A stretch of 64,000 bases of DNA from Ignavibacteria bacterium UBA2360 (GCA_002344125.1 DDTQ01000006.1:275581-339580), one strand, 5' to 3'; positions 38,852-48,102 are shown, counted from the stretch's first letter. Made by a program: numbers and translations. The notes: generated by a model from the letters alone, not told the origin.

Positions 38852-39400
38852 TTAGACCTCCTTCTTGTTTTCATTTAATAGTTCTTGTATTAACTTCAAT
38901 CCTACAACTTGACATGGAAGAGTTATCTTGTATTCAAAATTCTTACTACCATTTTTGTTTTTAGGTATGAACAATTCAACATTATTTTTGAAAATTCTGC
39001 TTAAATGTCTATTATGCTTAATACCTAAGGATTCAATTCTGTGGAGTAATTCCCTTGTATCAATTATATCCCTATTGAAAATAAAATATCGCAAAACTGG
39101 AAAGATAATTGATGCTTTGTACATTTTATCGGCATCATTTTTCCCTGAAATTGGTTTTAATAAAGCTATATCATCTCCATCAATTTCAACGATCATACGT
39201 AACTGATTCTCAGGTAAATCTAGTTTTTCGGCTAGCTTATTTAAACTTGGTCTGCTTATTTCTCTCTCATTGGAATAATTAAGGTGAGTTCTAAAACCCC
39301 AATTTGTTTTTGTATTGCCACCACTTATAAATTCCGTCCGCCTTAGTAAGACATCTAGCTTGTCGTTAATTTCTTTTAAAACTAATTCTTGTACTTCCAT
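38852..39400 (-). CDS. Hypothetical winged-helix-like protein (cassette gene C)
   Basis: AAGGAG SD; paralogous to gene B (KLAEKLDLPENQL..; YKITLPCQVVG). Confidence 0.7.
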   Translation of the reverse strand: MEVQELVLKEINDKLDVLLRRTEFISGGNTKTNWGFRTHLNYSNEREISRPSLNKLAEKLDLPENQLRMIVEIDGDDIALLKPISGKNDADKMYKASIIFPVLRYFIFNRDIIDTRELLHRIESLGIKHNRHLSRIFKNNVELFIPKNKNGSKNFEYKITLPCQVVGLKLIQELLNENKKEV

Positions 39401-39412
39401 ATAAATTCTCCT

Positions 39413-39946
39413 TTAGTTTGTACTTTTTAACATTTGCTTTAAGATTTCTTTCCCTTTTATGAGCCCAGGTGTTGTGATTTTATAAACATAATCTGAACTT
39501 CCCTTCTTCCCTTTTGCAACAACATGCTCAGTGAAAGCTTTTAAAGTTCTATTAAGATTACTTTTATCTATCCCGTGATTCTCCAATTGACTAATTAAAT
39601 CCTTTGTGGGCAAGTAATCTCTTTTAAATAAGTAATTTGAAATGGTTAAAATACATATCGTCATTATATATTGCTTCTCAGGCAGTTTAGCTGCCTCAAT
39701 ATTTTTAATTATACGAAAATCATTAGCATCTAAGTCCAAAATCAATTTTAGCTGCTCATCTGTCGTATTCAACGCTTCTGCCAACTTACTTATTGAGCCC
39801 GTACTCTCTTTGTTGACTATTGACATTTCAACTGCTTTTTGTTCAATTGTAGATTTCAAAATGAAATCTTCAATAACTTTGAATCTGCGGCTAAGTTCAC
39901 TAGTTATTTTTAACAAGTGTTCTAATTTTTCATTTTCTTGAGTCAT
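39413..39946 (-). CDS. Hypothetical winged-helix-like protein (cassette gene B)
   Basis: Start re-called to ATG 39946 after AAGGAATGGG; KLAEALNTTDEQL..; YKITTPGLIKG. Confidence 0.7.
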   Translation of the reverse strand: MTQENEKLEHLLKITSELSRRFKVIEDFILKSTIEQKAVEMSIVNKESTGSISKLAEALNTTDEQLKLILDLDANDFRIIKNIEAAKLPEKQYIMTICILTISNYLFKRDYLPTKDLISQLENHGIDKSNLNRTLKAFTEHVVAKGKKGSSDYVYKITTPGLIKGKEILKQMLKSTN

Positions 39947-39974
39947 TTTCCCATTCCTTTTTAAAAGTTTAATC

Positions 39975-40003
39975 AATTTACTACAATTCAAAAGTATTGT
40001 CAA
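39975..40003 (-). promoter_or_regulatory. Sigma70-like internal promoter TTGACA-N17-TAAATT
   Basis: Perfect TTGACA at 40003-39998, 17-nt spacer, TAAATT at 39980-39975; palindrome ACGATATCGT at 40032-40041. Confidence 0.45.
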
Positions 40004-40083
40004 GTCTTTAATCTACTACCACTTCATACTGACGATATCGTGACAATCTCATTTGCATAGAGATTGCAGTGTATTTCTAAAGT

Positions 40084-40497
40084 TCAGCTTGTTTTTTGCA
40101 CTATCTCTGATACAATAGCTTTTATTCGAGGCAATGCGATGTAATGTGCGACAGACCCTCTCTCGCCACCCTCTGTTTTTATTTGGTGTACCTTATGAGC
40201 ATCTCTTAATTTCTTTAAACCCGGGAGCAGCGAACCCTTTGGCATTGTTAGCTCTGCCATGAATTCAGCGTTAGAGACTGCGTCACTTACAACAAGGCCT
40301 GCTTCTTTTGCATATGTTTTGCCAATCATATATAGTATAAGTTGTTCCTCCCCAGTCAGTTTTTCTACATTCAGTAGTTGTATAGCACCTGCCGGAGTAA
40401 TTCTTAAGTATTTCTTAATCTGATCAAAACTTTCTTCCAATAGGCGAGATGAGTCTATTGTGAGCTCTTCAAGTATCTTGTCTTTCAATGTTTTCAT
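40084..40497 (-). CDS. Hypothetical winged-helix-like protein (cassette gene A)
   Basis: 137 aa; LILYMIGK.YA.EAGL...VSN.E...L.MP.GS....LKKLRD helix-turn-helix-like pattern. Confidence 0.7.
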   Translation of the reverse strand: MKTLKDKILEELTIDSSRLLEESFDQIKKYLRITPAGAIQLLNVEKLTGEEQLILYMIGKTYAKEAGLVVSDAVSNAEFMAELTMPKGSLLPGLKKLRDAHKVHQIKTEGGERGSVAHYIALPRIKAIVSEIVQKTS

Positions 40498-40537
40498 AAT
40501 TTTTATAGTGAAGTTATTAAAACGATTATATACCTTA

Positions 40538-40568
40538 CAAATATACTCTTTTTGTTCTTAAATTCCAA
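40538..40568 (-). promoter_or_regulatory. Putative host-type promoter TTG-N20-TATATTTG for the cassette
   Basis: TTG at 40568-40566, 20-nt spacer, TATATTTG at 40545-40538. Confidence 0.65.
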
Positions 40569-40674
40569 TAATCTTATTGCGATGTTATAATCTGGATGAA
40601 ATCCCAATAAACTATGATCGTAAGTATTGCTCATTATGATGTTGTATGAATATCTAGTTATGTTATAGATTATT

Positions 40675-40811
40675 CTATGTACATAGGGGTCTGGTCATTT
40701 TTCCTGCTATCTCTGATACAATAGCTTTTATTCGAGGCAATGCGATGTAATGTGCGACAGACCCTCTCTCGCCACCCTCTGTTTTTATTTGATGTACTAT
40801 ATGAGCATCTC
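40675..40811 (-). pseudogene. Startless duplicate of the 3' end of cassette gene A
   Basis: 40707-40811 matches 40101-40205 at 102/105 nt; the frame then continues EIAGKMTRPLCT to a stop at 40675. Confidence 0.85.
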
Positions 40812-40879
40812 GTGTAATTGAGTTGCAAGGGTTGAAGAATCAGGAATTCCAGTTTAAATGATATATTTTGTAAAAGTTT

Positions 40880-40909
40880 AAAAAAGCGTTATTTCCATAA
40901 CGCTTTTTA
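40880..40909. terminator. Terminator after the DUF1579 genes
   Basis: AAAAAGCGTTAT-TTCC-ATAACGCTTTTT perfect stem. Confidence 0.8.
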
Positions 40910-40932
40910 GGGGCCTCGTTACCTGTTGTAAA

Positions 40933-41499
40933 TTATTTTTTATAAGTCATTTTTACAATTGCTGTTTCTGTTTTATCCGGCTTAATGAATATAACATCAC
41001 ATTTAATTTCAGCATCGCTTACAAACTCAAACACAAACTTGTAATCCTGCATACTTGTTGTTTTCCCCGAAGGGTCAAGAGTTGAACCGTATAAAGTCAT
41101 AACCTTCGTGTCATTATCATATTTACCCTCACCCGTAACCGCATAAGTGCCGAATTCATCAATGCCGTAATAGGTATATTTGTTTATCCTCCGGTCATAC
41201 CCCATGATACTCAGGCTTGTAAAATTCGTTCCTGCAAATTCAACTGACTGCTCAAAACTTAGAAACCGGTTTCCCAATATCATTTTGCCTTCAGCGAAAC
41301 CTTTGGAGCCTATCATAGCATCACCACCGATGCTGTATTTGAACTCAACGTTCCATTTGCCTTCAAGCTTTTTTATGAGCTCATGTTCAGGCGCGGGACC
41401 CGCAATCTTCATTGCCTCATCTTCATCTGACTGTGTGAAAATATTGGCGGAGTATAACAAAAAAAGCAAAAGTACCCAATATATCCTGCGTGTTTTCAT
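40933..41499 (-). CDS. DUF1579-family secreted protein
   Basis: PAPEHELIKKLEG.W, MILGNRFL and MGYDR...KY motifs. Confidence 0.75.
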   Translation of the reverse strand: MKTRRIYWVLLLFLLYSANIFTQSDEDEAMKIAGPAPEHELIKKLEGKWNVEFKYSIGGDAMIGSKGFAEGKMILGNRFLSFEQSVEFAGTNFTSLSIMGYDRRINKYTYYGIDEFGTYAVTGEGKYDNDTKVMTLYGSTLDPSGKTTSMQDYKFVFEFVSDAEIKCDVIFIKPDKTETAIVKMTYKK

Positions 41500-41507
41500 A
41501 ATTCAGA

Positions 41508-42008
41508 TTATTTTTTTCTTTTATAAATGATTTCTGTAGCTTTTGCTTCATCACCAGTTGGAGTAACATTGTAGGCGGTTAAGATCACATTATCCTTATC
41601 GATAATTTGCATTTCGCTCCTCCAGCCCCATTTTTCTGTGCCTTCTTCGTTGGTATCGTAGTGACCCATAACATTGTAGCTTTCTGCGCCGGGTTTGCTC
41701 TCAGAATGCATAATTGCAGTTCCCATATGAAAGCTGTCTATCCACGCGGATTGAAAAATTCCTCTCATGCAATCGAAACCGTAAATCGAGATACCTTCAA
41801 GGGTTTTACCCTGCATAGAGCCGTTATATTCATGCAGCAAAAATCTGCCGCCAAGTACGGAACTGAATTTTCCGCTTACCGGCGATTCATCCCCGATAAC
41901 ATCCGGCTCAAACCATGTTTTGGCTGTGCCTTCCCACTCCCCTGCCAGTTCCATAAACTTCTTATGTACGCCGTTTGATACTGATTCACTGAATTTAAAT
42001 TTTGCCAT
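41508..42008 (-). CDS. DUF1579-family protein
   Basis: LAGEWEG, VLGGRFLLHEY, GFD....FQSAWIDSFHMGT and WGWR motifs. Confidence 0.75.
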   Translation of the reverse strand: MAKFKFSESVSNGVHKKFMELAGEWEGTAKTWFEPDVIGDESPVSGKFSSVLGGRFLLHEYNGSMQGKTLEGISIYGFDCMRGIFQSAWIDSFHMGTAIMHSESKPGAESYNVMGHYDTNEEGTEKWGWRSEMQIIDKDNVILTAYNVTPTGDEAKATEIIYKRKK

Positions 42009-42032
42009 TTCAAGTTATTAATTAGTTATTAA

Positions 42033-42578
42033 TTATACCGTGTTTTCAATAATAGGAATTTTCTTCTTTAAAATAATAGCAGTCACAAGGCTTATTACCA
42101 CGCCAATCATAAATACAGTCAAAAGCATAACGAATGATTGCAGGTAAGGATTGTTCCACAAAGTGGATTCTTTATCAAATTCCTCAAGCTGCCGCGATAT
42201 TACTTCCTGGGTCTGCCCGCTGGTTTTAATTTTTTCGCGGTATATCTCAATCATTTTTCCGCTGAGATCAGGTGCGATGGCTGTATACAGAAAGTATACA
42301 TAAATGCCGAAGATAATTGCAGCTACTGCTGATATTCCCATTCCAAGTGTAAAAGCTTTGCCGAATGTTATCTTACCGCCGAGAACTTTATCTCTGTAAG
42401 CCTTTACACCAAAGAATATGGCAGTCAGAGCAATAAGCATACTGCTATAGCCTATTATCTCTCCTGTTTCCCACATTTCCGCCGAAAAATTCTTCATGAA
42501 AAGCATATGTGAGAGCAAAAATAGAACTGTTAGAATTCCGCCTGCTATCAGACCATAAAACAGAATCTTTTTACCCAT
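42033..42578 (-). CDS. DUF4199-family membrane protein
   Basis: IFFGVKAYRDKVLGGKITFGKAF..G pattern; start re-called to ATG 42578. Confidence 0.78.
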   Translation of the reverse strand: MGKKILFYGLIAGGILTVLFLLSHMLFMKNFSAEMWETGEIIGYSSMLIALTAIFFGVKAYRDKVLGGKITFGKAFTLGMGISAVAAIIFGIYVYFLYTAIAPDLSGKMIEIYREKIKTSGQTQEVISRQLEEFDKESTLWNNPYLQSFVMLLTVFMIGVVISLVTAIILKKKIPIIENTV

Positions 42579-42664
42579 AATTAGTAATATTAAATTATTA
42601 AATGAGTACAAAATTAGCCTTAAAAACCGCCTGAACCTTCACCCGAAAGTATGAAAATTGATAA

Positions 42665-43141
42665 CTAAGGTACTATTTGCAGTTGTTTTGCGATTTCTAT
42701 CGCCTGTGTGCGCCTCTTAACGCCCAGCTTTGAATAGATGCTGTTTGTGTGGGATTTTATTGTATTAAGCGATAGATACAATTTGTCTGCAATTTCCTGG
42801 TTCGTTAGTCCCGCTGAGATGAGCCTCAGTACTTCTGCTTCCCTTGCGCTTAATTCCATTTCTTTTGGTAATGATACCGATCTTAACGGAGTATTAACGG
42901 GATTTTGCTTCTTGCCAAACCTGATACCTAAATATATCCCCAATCCAAGGAAAATAACGGCTACAAGAGCAATGTAAATATCAGTGCGAAGTTTATAAGC
43001 AAAGTGATAGTACTCAAAAGTTTTAAGGGCTGCTATCGCTAAAGCTAAAAGGAGTCCCATAAATATAACATATTTATAAAACTCCTTTTTACTTCTTTTT
43101 GCTCTGCTTGTTTTTACTGCGGATTTCTTAGTTAACTCCAT
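42665..43141 (-). CDS. Membrane-anchored LuxR-type HTH regulator
   Basis: Two TM helices, then LSAREAEVL.LISAGLTNQEIADKLYLSLNTIKSH..IYSKLGV. Confidence 0.9.
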   Translation of the reverse strand: MELTKKSAVKTSRAKRSKKEFYKYVIFMGLLLALAIAALKTFEYYHFAYKLRTDIYIALVAVIFLGLGIYLGIRFGKKQNPVNTPLRSVSLPKEMELSAREAEVLRLISAGLTNQEIADKLYLSLNTIKSHTNSIYSKLGVKRRTQAIEIAKQLQIVP

Positions 43142-43162
43142 TATATTCAACTAAGATAGTCG

Positions 43163-46100
43163 TTAGAATCTGATCTTATTTATATTCTCAACTAAAAAAT
43201 CGAATCCAAACAGCATTGTGAAATAGAAACGCCATTCCTTTCCATATGTAACCGTTTTCTGTTCACCGGTTGTTGAAGGGAATATCCTTGAAAACTCATC
43301 AAGTCCGTAGGATGCGTTAAACGTGAAAGCAGTTGGGTAAACATAATAGGAATATGTGAGAAGCCTGAGCTCAAACCCGATATCCTTCTTCATTTCTTTA
43401 AGTTTGGTAGCTTTGTTATACCACGCGTTACCGATATCACCGTAAACTGAGAAATACAGCTTATCGAAGTAGAACTGGAGGAACTTGAAGTCCAAATTTG
43501 TTGCTAACGGGAATCTGTAGGTCAAATTGGCAGTTGCGTACCTGTTACCGCCTATTGCGTAGAATGGATAACCTTTCATATTTGGGAAACCGCTGGCGTA
43601 GAAATCAAAGAAGTTATCCTGTTCCGGTCCGAATATCGTTCCGCCGCGAAGTCTCAAGCTTAATGAATGCGAGTTATTGAATAAACCGAATCCCTGCAGT
43701 AAGTCACCTTCAAGCCTGTGGAATCTAGCTTTTTCAAATGATTCTGTTACGTTGCCCTGGTCGTCAATTACAAGTTCTGGATTCAGGTCATTTATTTCGT
43801 AATCATATTTTAATCTGAAATACCGACCAATAGGATTAATATCATCATGTTTGTTTGGCAAAAATGAGCTGTATGAATACGTGAGCGAGAGATCCCTGCC
43901 TGTAAAATAATTTGTAGATGAGGCCGATACCTGTCTGTTAATAGATGGGATCACAAATGTGCTGAGCTTTGATGAATACGAAGAGAACGTAAATCCCGCC
44001 CGCATGTTGTGATTTGCGTTTATTATCTTGAATGCCATACCAAATTCAAACTGGAGAAGATCGTAGGTAACATCAACAGGGATCGTATCAAGTCCCGCAA
44101 CAAGATCAGCCTCGGTCTTTCTTGTTACATTATAACCTGCCAGCTGGAATGAAGGTGAGAATCCGAGTTTTTTAAGGAAGAGATCCTTCAGGAACGGCAC
44201 GCCGTTGTTGTAATCAAATTGGAGGAATAGATCGCGCTCGAAGCTTCTGTTTACAGATGCGCCGCCAAATATTCCCATTCTGCCAAGCACATCTGAAGAA
44301 TAGAAATACAAACCGGGTTTTATTATATCAAGGAATTTGCCGTCTTTGGTGTAGTTATCAAACCTAAGTACCGGAATGATAAACAGCGGAGTAGCAACAT
44401 TGTTATATTTGGTTGAAGTATATGATCTAACACTGTCATCTTTAAAATTTCTGAGCTTAAGGAAATCATACTTATTTTTCTGCAGACTCGAATTTTCGCT
44501 GTTTTCCTGTTCATATTTCACAACCAGTTTATCCGGCCTGATGTAGTTCGCGTTCTTTTCTGTAACAACAGAATCAAGCTCTGTATAGTCCATAAGTTCA
44601 TTGATCTTGTACCCTGTAGTTTGCCAGGAAGCGAATGTTAGGTTTTTTTCTGAATCAACAGATGGCATAAATGCGCCCCCAATGACATTTGTAAGCTGCT
44701 GCATGAATACTATGCTGCTTTCCTTTGTCATCCTTGCGTTATTTATAAGGTCATACTTATAAATATTATATATGCCGGTTAAATCTGATGCGAAAACAAT
44801 TGAAGCGCCATCTTTGGTGTAAACCGGACTGCGGAAATCTATATTAGGATCGTTGAAAATAAAAAATATTTCCCTGGTATCAATATTGATCTCTGCAATC
44901 TGCCTCGAGCCCTCTTTGCTGTAATCAAAAACGATATTATTGCTTACCGGTGACCATCTTGGTGCATAGATCTGCTCTCCGTTTGTAAAACTTGTAATTT
45001 GTTTGATGTTCTTCTTATCAAGCATTTTGCCGTTCGGCGCCGGAGAAATGAAGAGATTCTGTGTTCCGTCATAATTCCTTACAAAACATATCCATTTACC
45101 ATCGCCGGAATACGCAGGCGCGTGCGCCCTGTAACCTTCTGTCAGCTGGGTTTCTTCCTCTTTTGATATATCATACTCAAAAAGATCAAACACAACTGCA
45201 TCGTGGATATTTGGCTTATTCCTCCTCGAAAAGAGTATTTTCCTGCCGTCAGGTCTCCAGTCATAACTTCCGCTTACACCGGCTATCAGCAGTTCATCAT
45301 CACTTTTGCCTGAAACATTGTGAACGAACATTGATGTTGAGCCGTAATCATAATCTTTATTGGAAAGGTACGTTATTTTCTTTCCATCCGGCGAAAATTG
45401 CGGGTAATAGTTGGCAAATCCTACATCAGCAATTGTTATACCCTGTACTTCGTGTTTTTTAATATTTTCAATCCTGCTTTTATAATCCTGCTTTAGGAAT
45501 GCTTTCCATTCGTCGTAAAGATCGCTGCCGGATTTTCCGATCGCTTTTCTGAAAGCGCCTTCTGAGTTTATGCGGGTTAAGTCACCAAGATTTTCAGATA
45601 CCTCGCGAAGCTTATCTTCGCCGTATTTTTCAGCTATGTAGCGTGATAAAGCAAAACCTGAATTATAAATTGATTCCGCCTTATATGTAGTAACAGTTGC
45701 AAACTGCCCCATTTCTTCCCATGTAAGCATATTATCTCCCAGTACGCGCATGCGCAGTATCATATCCCTGTGCGCATCCCAGTAATCATATCCAAGCTGC
45801 TGACGCTGGTACTGTGCTGTTCCTTCAGCGAACCATGCCGGCACTCCAACACCTGAAATAGGGTAAGAAATGATCGTATTCGGGTAACCGTAAAGTACAT
45901 CGGGTCTGCGTTCTTTTTCGTAATTCAAAAACTGCAGATAAATAGAAGGGAATTTTGTTGAAAACTTCATTGAAGCCTGTACCTGTATTACGTGTGTGTA
46001 TTCGTGTGTTATTACATTCCTAAGCCAGTTATGTGTGCCCCTCAGATCAAAATCAAGTGAAGCTGATGCAATTTCAATCCTGTTGCCGTAATAATCCGTT

Positions 46101-46363
46101 GCTCCGTTTGATATATCCGATTCATCGTTTATGATCCATGAAGTTTTATCTTCAGGCGCGTATTTGTATAGTGATGTAATCGGTCCGTAAACTTCTTCGG
46201 CTATTTTTGCGGTCAGCTTCGCTGTTCGCTCTGCCCCTTTATGATAATGAATGTAGAAGTGTTCGGTCTCTATGGTAAACCACTCAAGCTCAGGATTCGG
46301 CTCAAACTGAGAAAATGTAACGGATGAAATAAGCAGTAATAATAACAGGATTCTTGATATCAT
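43163..46363 (-). CDS. Large envelope protein: gluzincin-like peptidase + PD40/TolB propeller + Omp85-like barrel
   Basis: THEYTH...WFAEG, repeated P.FSPDG/WRPDG/YSGDG blades, amphipathic beta-strand C-terminus ending in F. Confidence 0.75.
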   Translation of the reverse strand: MISRILLLLLLISSVTFSQFEPNPELEWFTIETEHFYIHYHKGAERTAKLTAKIAEEVYGPITSLYKYAPEDKTSWIINDESDISNGATDYYGNRIEIASASLDFDLRGTHNWLRNVITHEYTHVIQVQASMKFSTKFPSIYLQFLNYEKERRPDVLYGYPNTIISYPISGVGVPAWFAEGTAQYQRQQLGYDYWDAHRDMILRMRVLGDNMLTWEEMGQFATVTTYKAESIYNSGFALSRYIAEKYGEDKLREVSENLGDLTRINSEGAFRKAIGKSGSDLYDEWKAFLKQDYKSRIENIKKHEVQGITIADVGFANYYPQFSPDGKKITYLSNKDYDYGSTSMFVHNVSGKSDDELLIAGVSGSYDWRPDGRKILFSRRNKPNIHDAVVFDLFEYDISKEEETQLTEGYRAHAPAYSGDGKWICFVRNYDGTQNLFISPAPNGKMLDKKNIKQITSFTNGEQIYAPRWSPVSNNIVFDYSKEGSRQIAEINIDTREIFFIFNDPNIDFRSPVYTKDGASIVFASDLTGIYNIYKYDLINNARMTKESSIVFMQQLTNVIGGAFMPSVDSEKNLTFASWQTTGYKINELMDYTELDSVVTEKNANYIRPDKLVVKYEQENSENSSLQKNKYDFLKLRNFKDDSVRSYTSTKYNNVATPLFIIPVLRFDNYTKDGKFLDIIKPGLYFYSSDVLGRMGIFGGASVNRSFERDLFLQFDYNNGVPFLKDLFLKKLGFSPSFQLAGYNVTRKTEADLVAGLDTIPVDVTYDLLQFEFGMAFKIINANHNMRAGFTFSSYSSKLSTFVIPSINRQVSASSTNYFTGRDLSLTYSYSSFLPNKHDDINPIGRYFRLKYDYEINDLNPELVIDDQGNVTESFEKARFHRLEGDLLQGFGLFNNSHSLSLRLRGGTIFGPEQDNFFDFYASGFPNMKGYPFYAIGGNRYATANLTYRFPLATNLDFKFLQFYFDKLYFSVYGDIGNAWYNKATKLKEMKKDIGFELRLLTYSYYVYPTAFTFNASYGLDEFSRIFPSTTGEQKTVTYGKEWRFYFTMLFGFDFLVENINKIRF

Positions 46364-46588
46364 AAAAATATTTTAAATTTATCTTTAATAGTAATTAAAA
46401 AATATAGATCATCACAATCGTTTCCCGTGGTTCCTGGGTACGAAAAAGACAAGATTAACTGAAAATGACAGTTATATCAATGATAAAAAATATCGAAAAA
46501 ATGAGAATTTAAATAAAACGGGTAGATTTGTATGCTATAATGTAGTATTAATTATTAACAAATTTAAAGGTATTTCAGCAAAAAGTAA

Positions 46589-46611
46589 AGGGGCAGATTT
46601 TATCCGCCCCT
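46589..46611. repeat. REP-like hairpin AGGGGCAGAT-TTT-ATCCGCCCCT
   Basis: 10-bp arms with one mismatch. Confidence 0.6.
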
Positions 46612-46650
46612 GATATGGCGCCACAATAAGGGTGCAAATTATACCATTAG

Positions 46651-46810
46651 TAAGGTTCACCCGCTTCAAATAAGGTTTCGTTTTTTATTCTATAAGGTAT
46701 TCCCAGTATTTAAGGTATGCCCAGTATTTTTAAGGTTTTCGCAAATGTTTTAAGGTATTCCCAGAATTTATAAGGAATATTCCAATGATGTAAGGTTCCG
46801 TTAGGTCACT
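46651..46810. repeat. Eight ~20-nt units beginning TAAGG(T)
   Basis: TAAGG at 46651, 46671, 46693, 46711, 46731, 46751, 46771 and 46791. Confidence 0.85.
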
Positions 46811-48102
46811 TATTTTATTAAGGACATCTTCTTAACCATGCTGAAATCGTTGGTAACGAGTCTGTACATATAAATGCCGCTTGAAAACTTCGCTGCATTC
46901 CAGTTCACTTCATAAATACCCGGACTTAATTGCTGATTTACCAGAGATTCCACTTCCCTGCCGAGCAGATCATAAACGGCAAGTCTAACGCTTGCGAGCT
47001 TGGGAATAGCAAATTTTATGTTTGTGGCCGGATTGAAAGGATTGGGATAATTCTGTTCAAGCGAAAACTCATTCGGAATTTCAGTTGAAATTTGGTTAAT
47101 ACCTATCACACCGCCGGTAATAGTTTTGAAAACTTTTCCGTGTGTACCGGCTACGTAGCCCATATTCTGATCGATAAAATATGTCGAATACAAAGTATCT
47201 GTATTAAGCTGCATGACTTCCTGCCATGTGATTCCGCCATCTGTAGTTTTAAGGACTCCATTTTCTTTGGTCATGTATCCTACCAAAGCATTTGCAAATT
47301 TTATAGAATACAAGGAAGATGTTGTTCCAATGTTAACGGAATTCCAATTGCTTCCCTGATTTGTGGTTCTTAAGAATACACCATTCAGCCCAACTATGTA
47401 GCCTGTGTTTGAATTGATAAAAGTAATATCTCTGAACGTGTATTCCGGAGAAACATATGAAACCCCCCATTCAATACCTTGATTGGTTGTTTTAAAAATA
47501 TTCCCGCTATCTGTTAGAAAAAAACCTGTGTTAACATCAATGAAAAATAAGCGTCTGTGAGATTGATATTCAACATTAGAAATATTTGCTGTAAGAGTTA
47601 AATTCCAGTTTGCTCCTGCATTTGTGGTTTTATATAAACCGTTAAAACTTGAAAGATAACCGGTAAGCTGATTTCCAAAATACATATTATAAAAATGCTG
47701 GTAGAAATAAGAGTTAAGGTTATCTTCCCAGGTTAAACCGCCATCAGTAGTTTTAAATAAATAACCTGTAGTTGCGAAACTTCCACCAATTGCATACCCG
47801 GTATTTTGATCAGTGAAATAAAAGCTTTTGACCCTCAGGTTACTATCCAGTAATACTCTTGACCAGTTGGTTCCGCCATTAGTTGTACGTATAATTTCAC
47901 CTCCATAAAAATTTCCGCTCAATGGCAAAGGTTCACTTGATCCAATAAAGCCGGTATTTTCATTGATGAAATAAATTGATGTTAACCAGAGATCAGAATT
48001 GGAATTCTGTTCTACCCATTGAGAAGTTACTTTGAACGGTATCAATATACAGGAAATGATAAGCGGTAGCATAAGGCACCGCTTCGGTGTGAACTGTTTC
48101 AT
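46810..48102 (-). CDS. YCF48/BNR-repeat protein with T9SS CTD
   Basis: Repeated KTT.GG..W and F....TGY blades; QNYPNPFNP CTD. Confidence 0.88.
   Translation of the reverse strand: MKQFTPKRCLMLPLIISCILIPFKVTSQWVEQNSNSDLWLTSIYFINENTGFIGSSEPLPLSGNFYGGEIIRTTNGGTNWSRVLLDSNLRVKSFYFTDQNTGYAIGGSFATTGYLFKTTDGGLTWEDNLNSYFYQHFYNMYFGNQLTGYLSSFNGLYKTTNAGANWNLTLTANISNVEYQSHRRLFFIDVNTGFFLTDSGNIFKTTNQGIEWGVSYVSPEYTFRDITFINSNTGYIVGLNGVFLRTTNQGSNWNSVNIGTTSSLYSIKFANALVGYMTKENGVLKTTDGGITWQEVMQLNTDTLYSTYFIDQNMGYVAGTHGKVFKTITGGVIGINQISTEIPNEFSLEQNYPNPFNPATNIKFAIPKLASVRLAVYDLLGREVESLVNQQLSPGIYEVNWNAAKFSSGIYMYRLVTNDFSMVKKMSLIK

Noticed and set aside
40101-40811. DGR template/variable repeat pair
   Set aside because: Only 3 mismatches, and they are not adenine-specific on the coding strand (T>A, A>G, T>C). 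No reverse transcriptase in the window.
46651-46810. CRISPR array
   Set aside because: The conserved part is only 5-6 nt and the period about 20 nt, far below repeat+spacer size. No cas genes.
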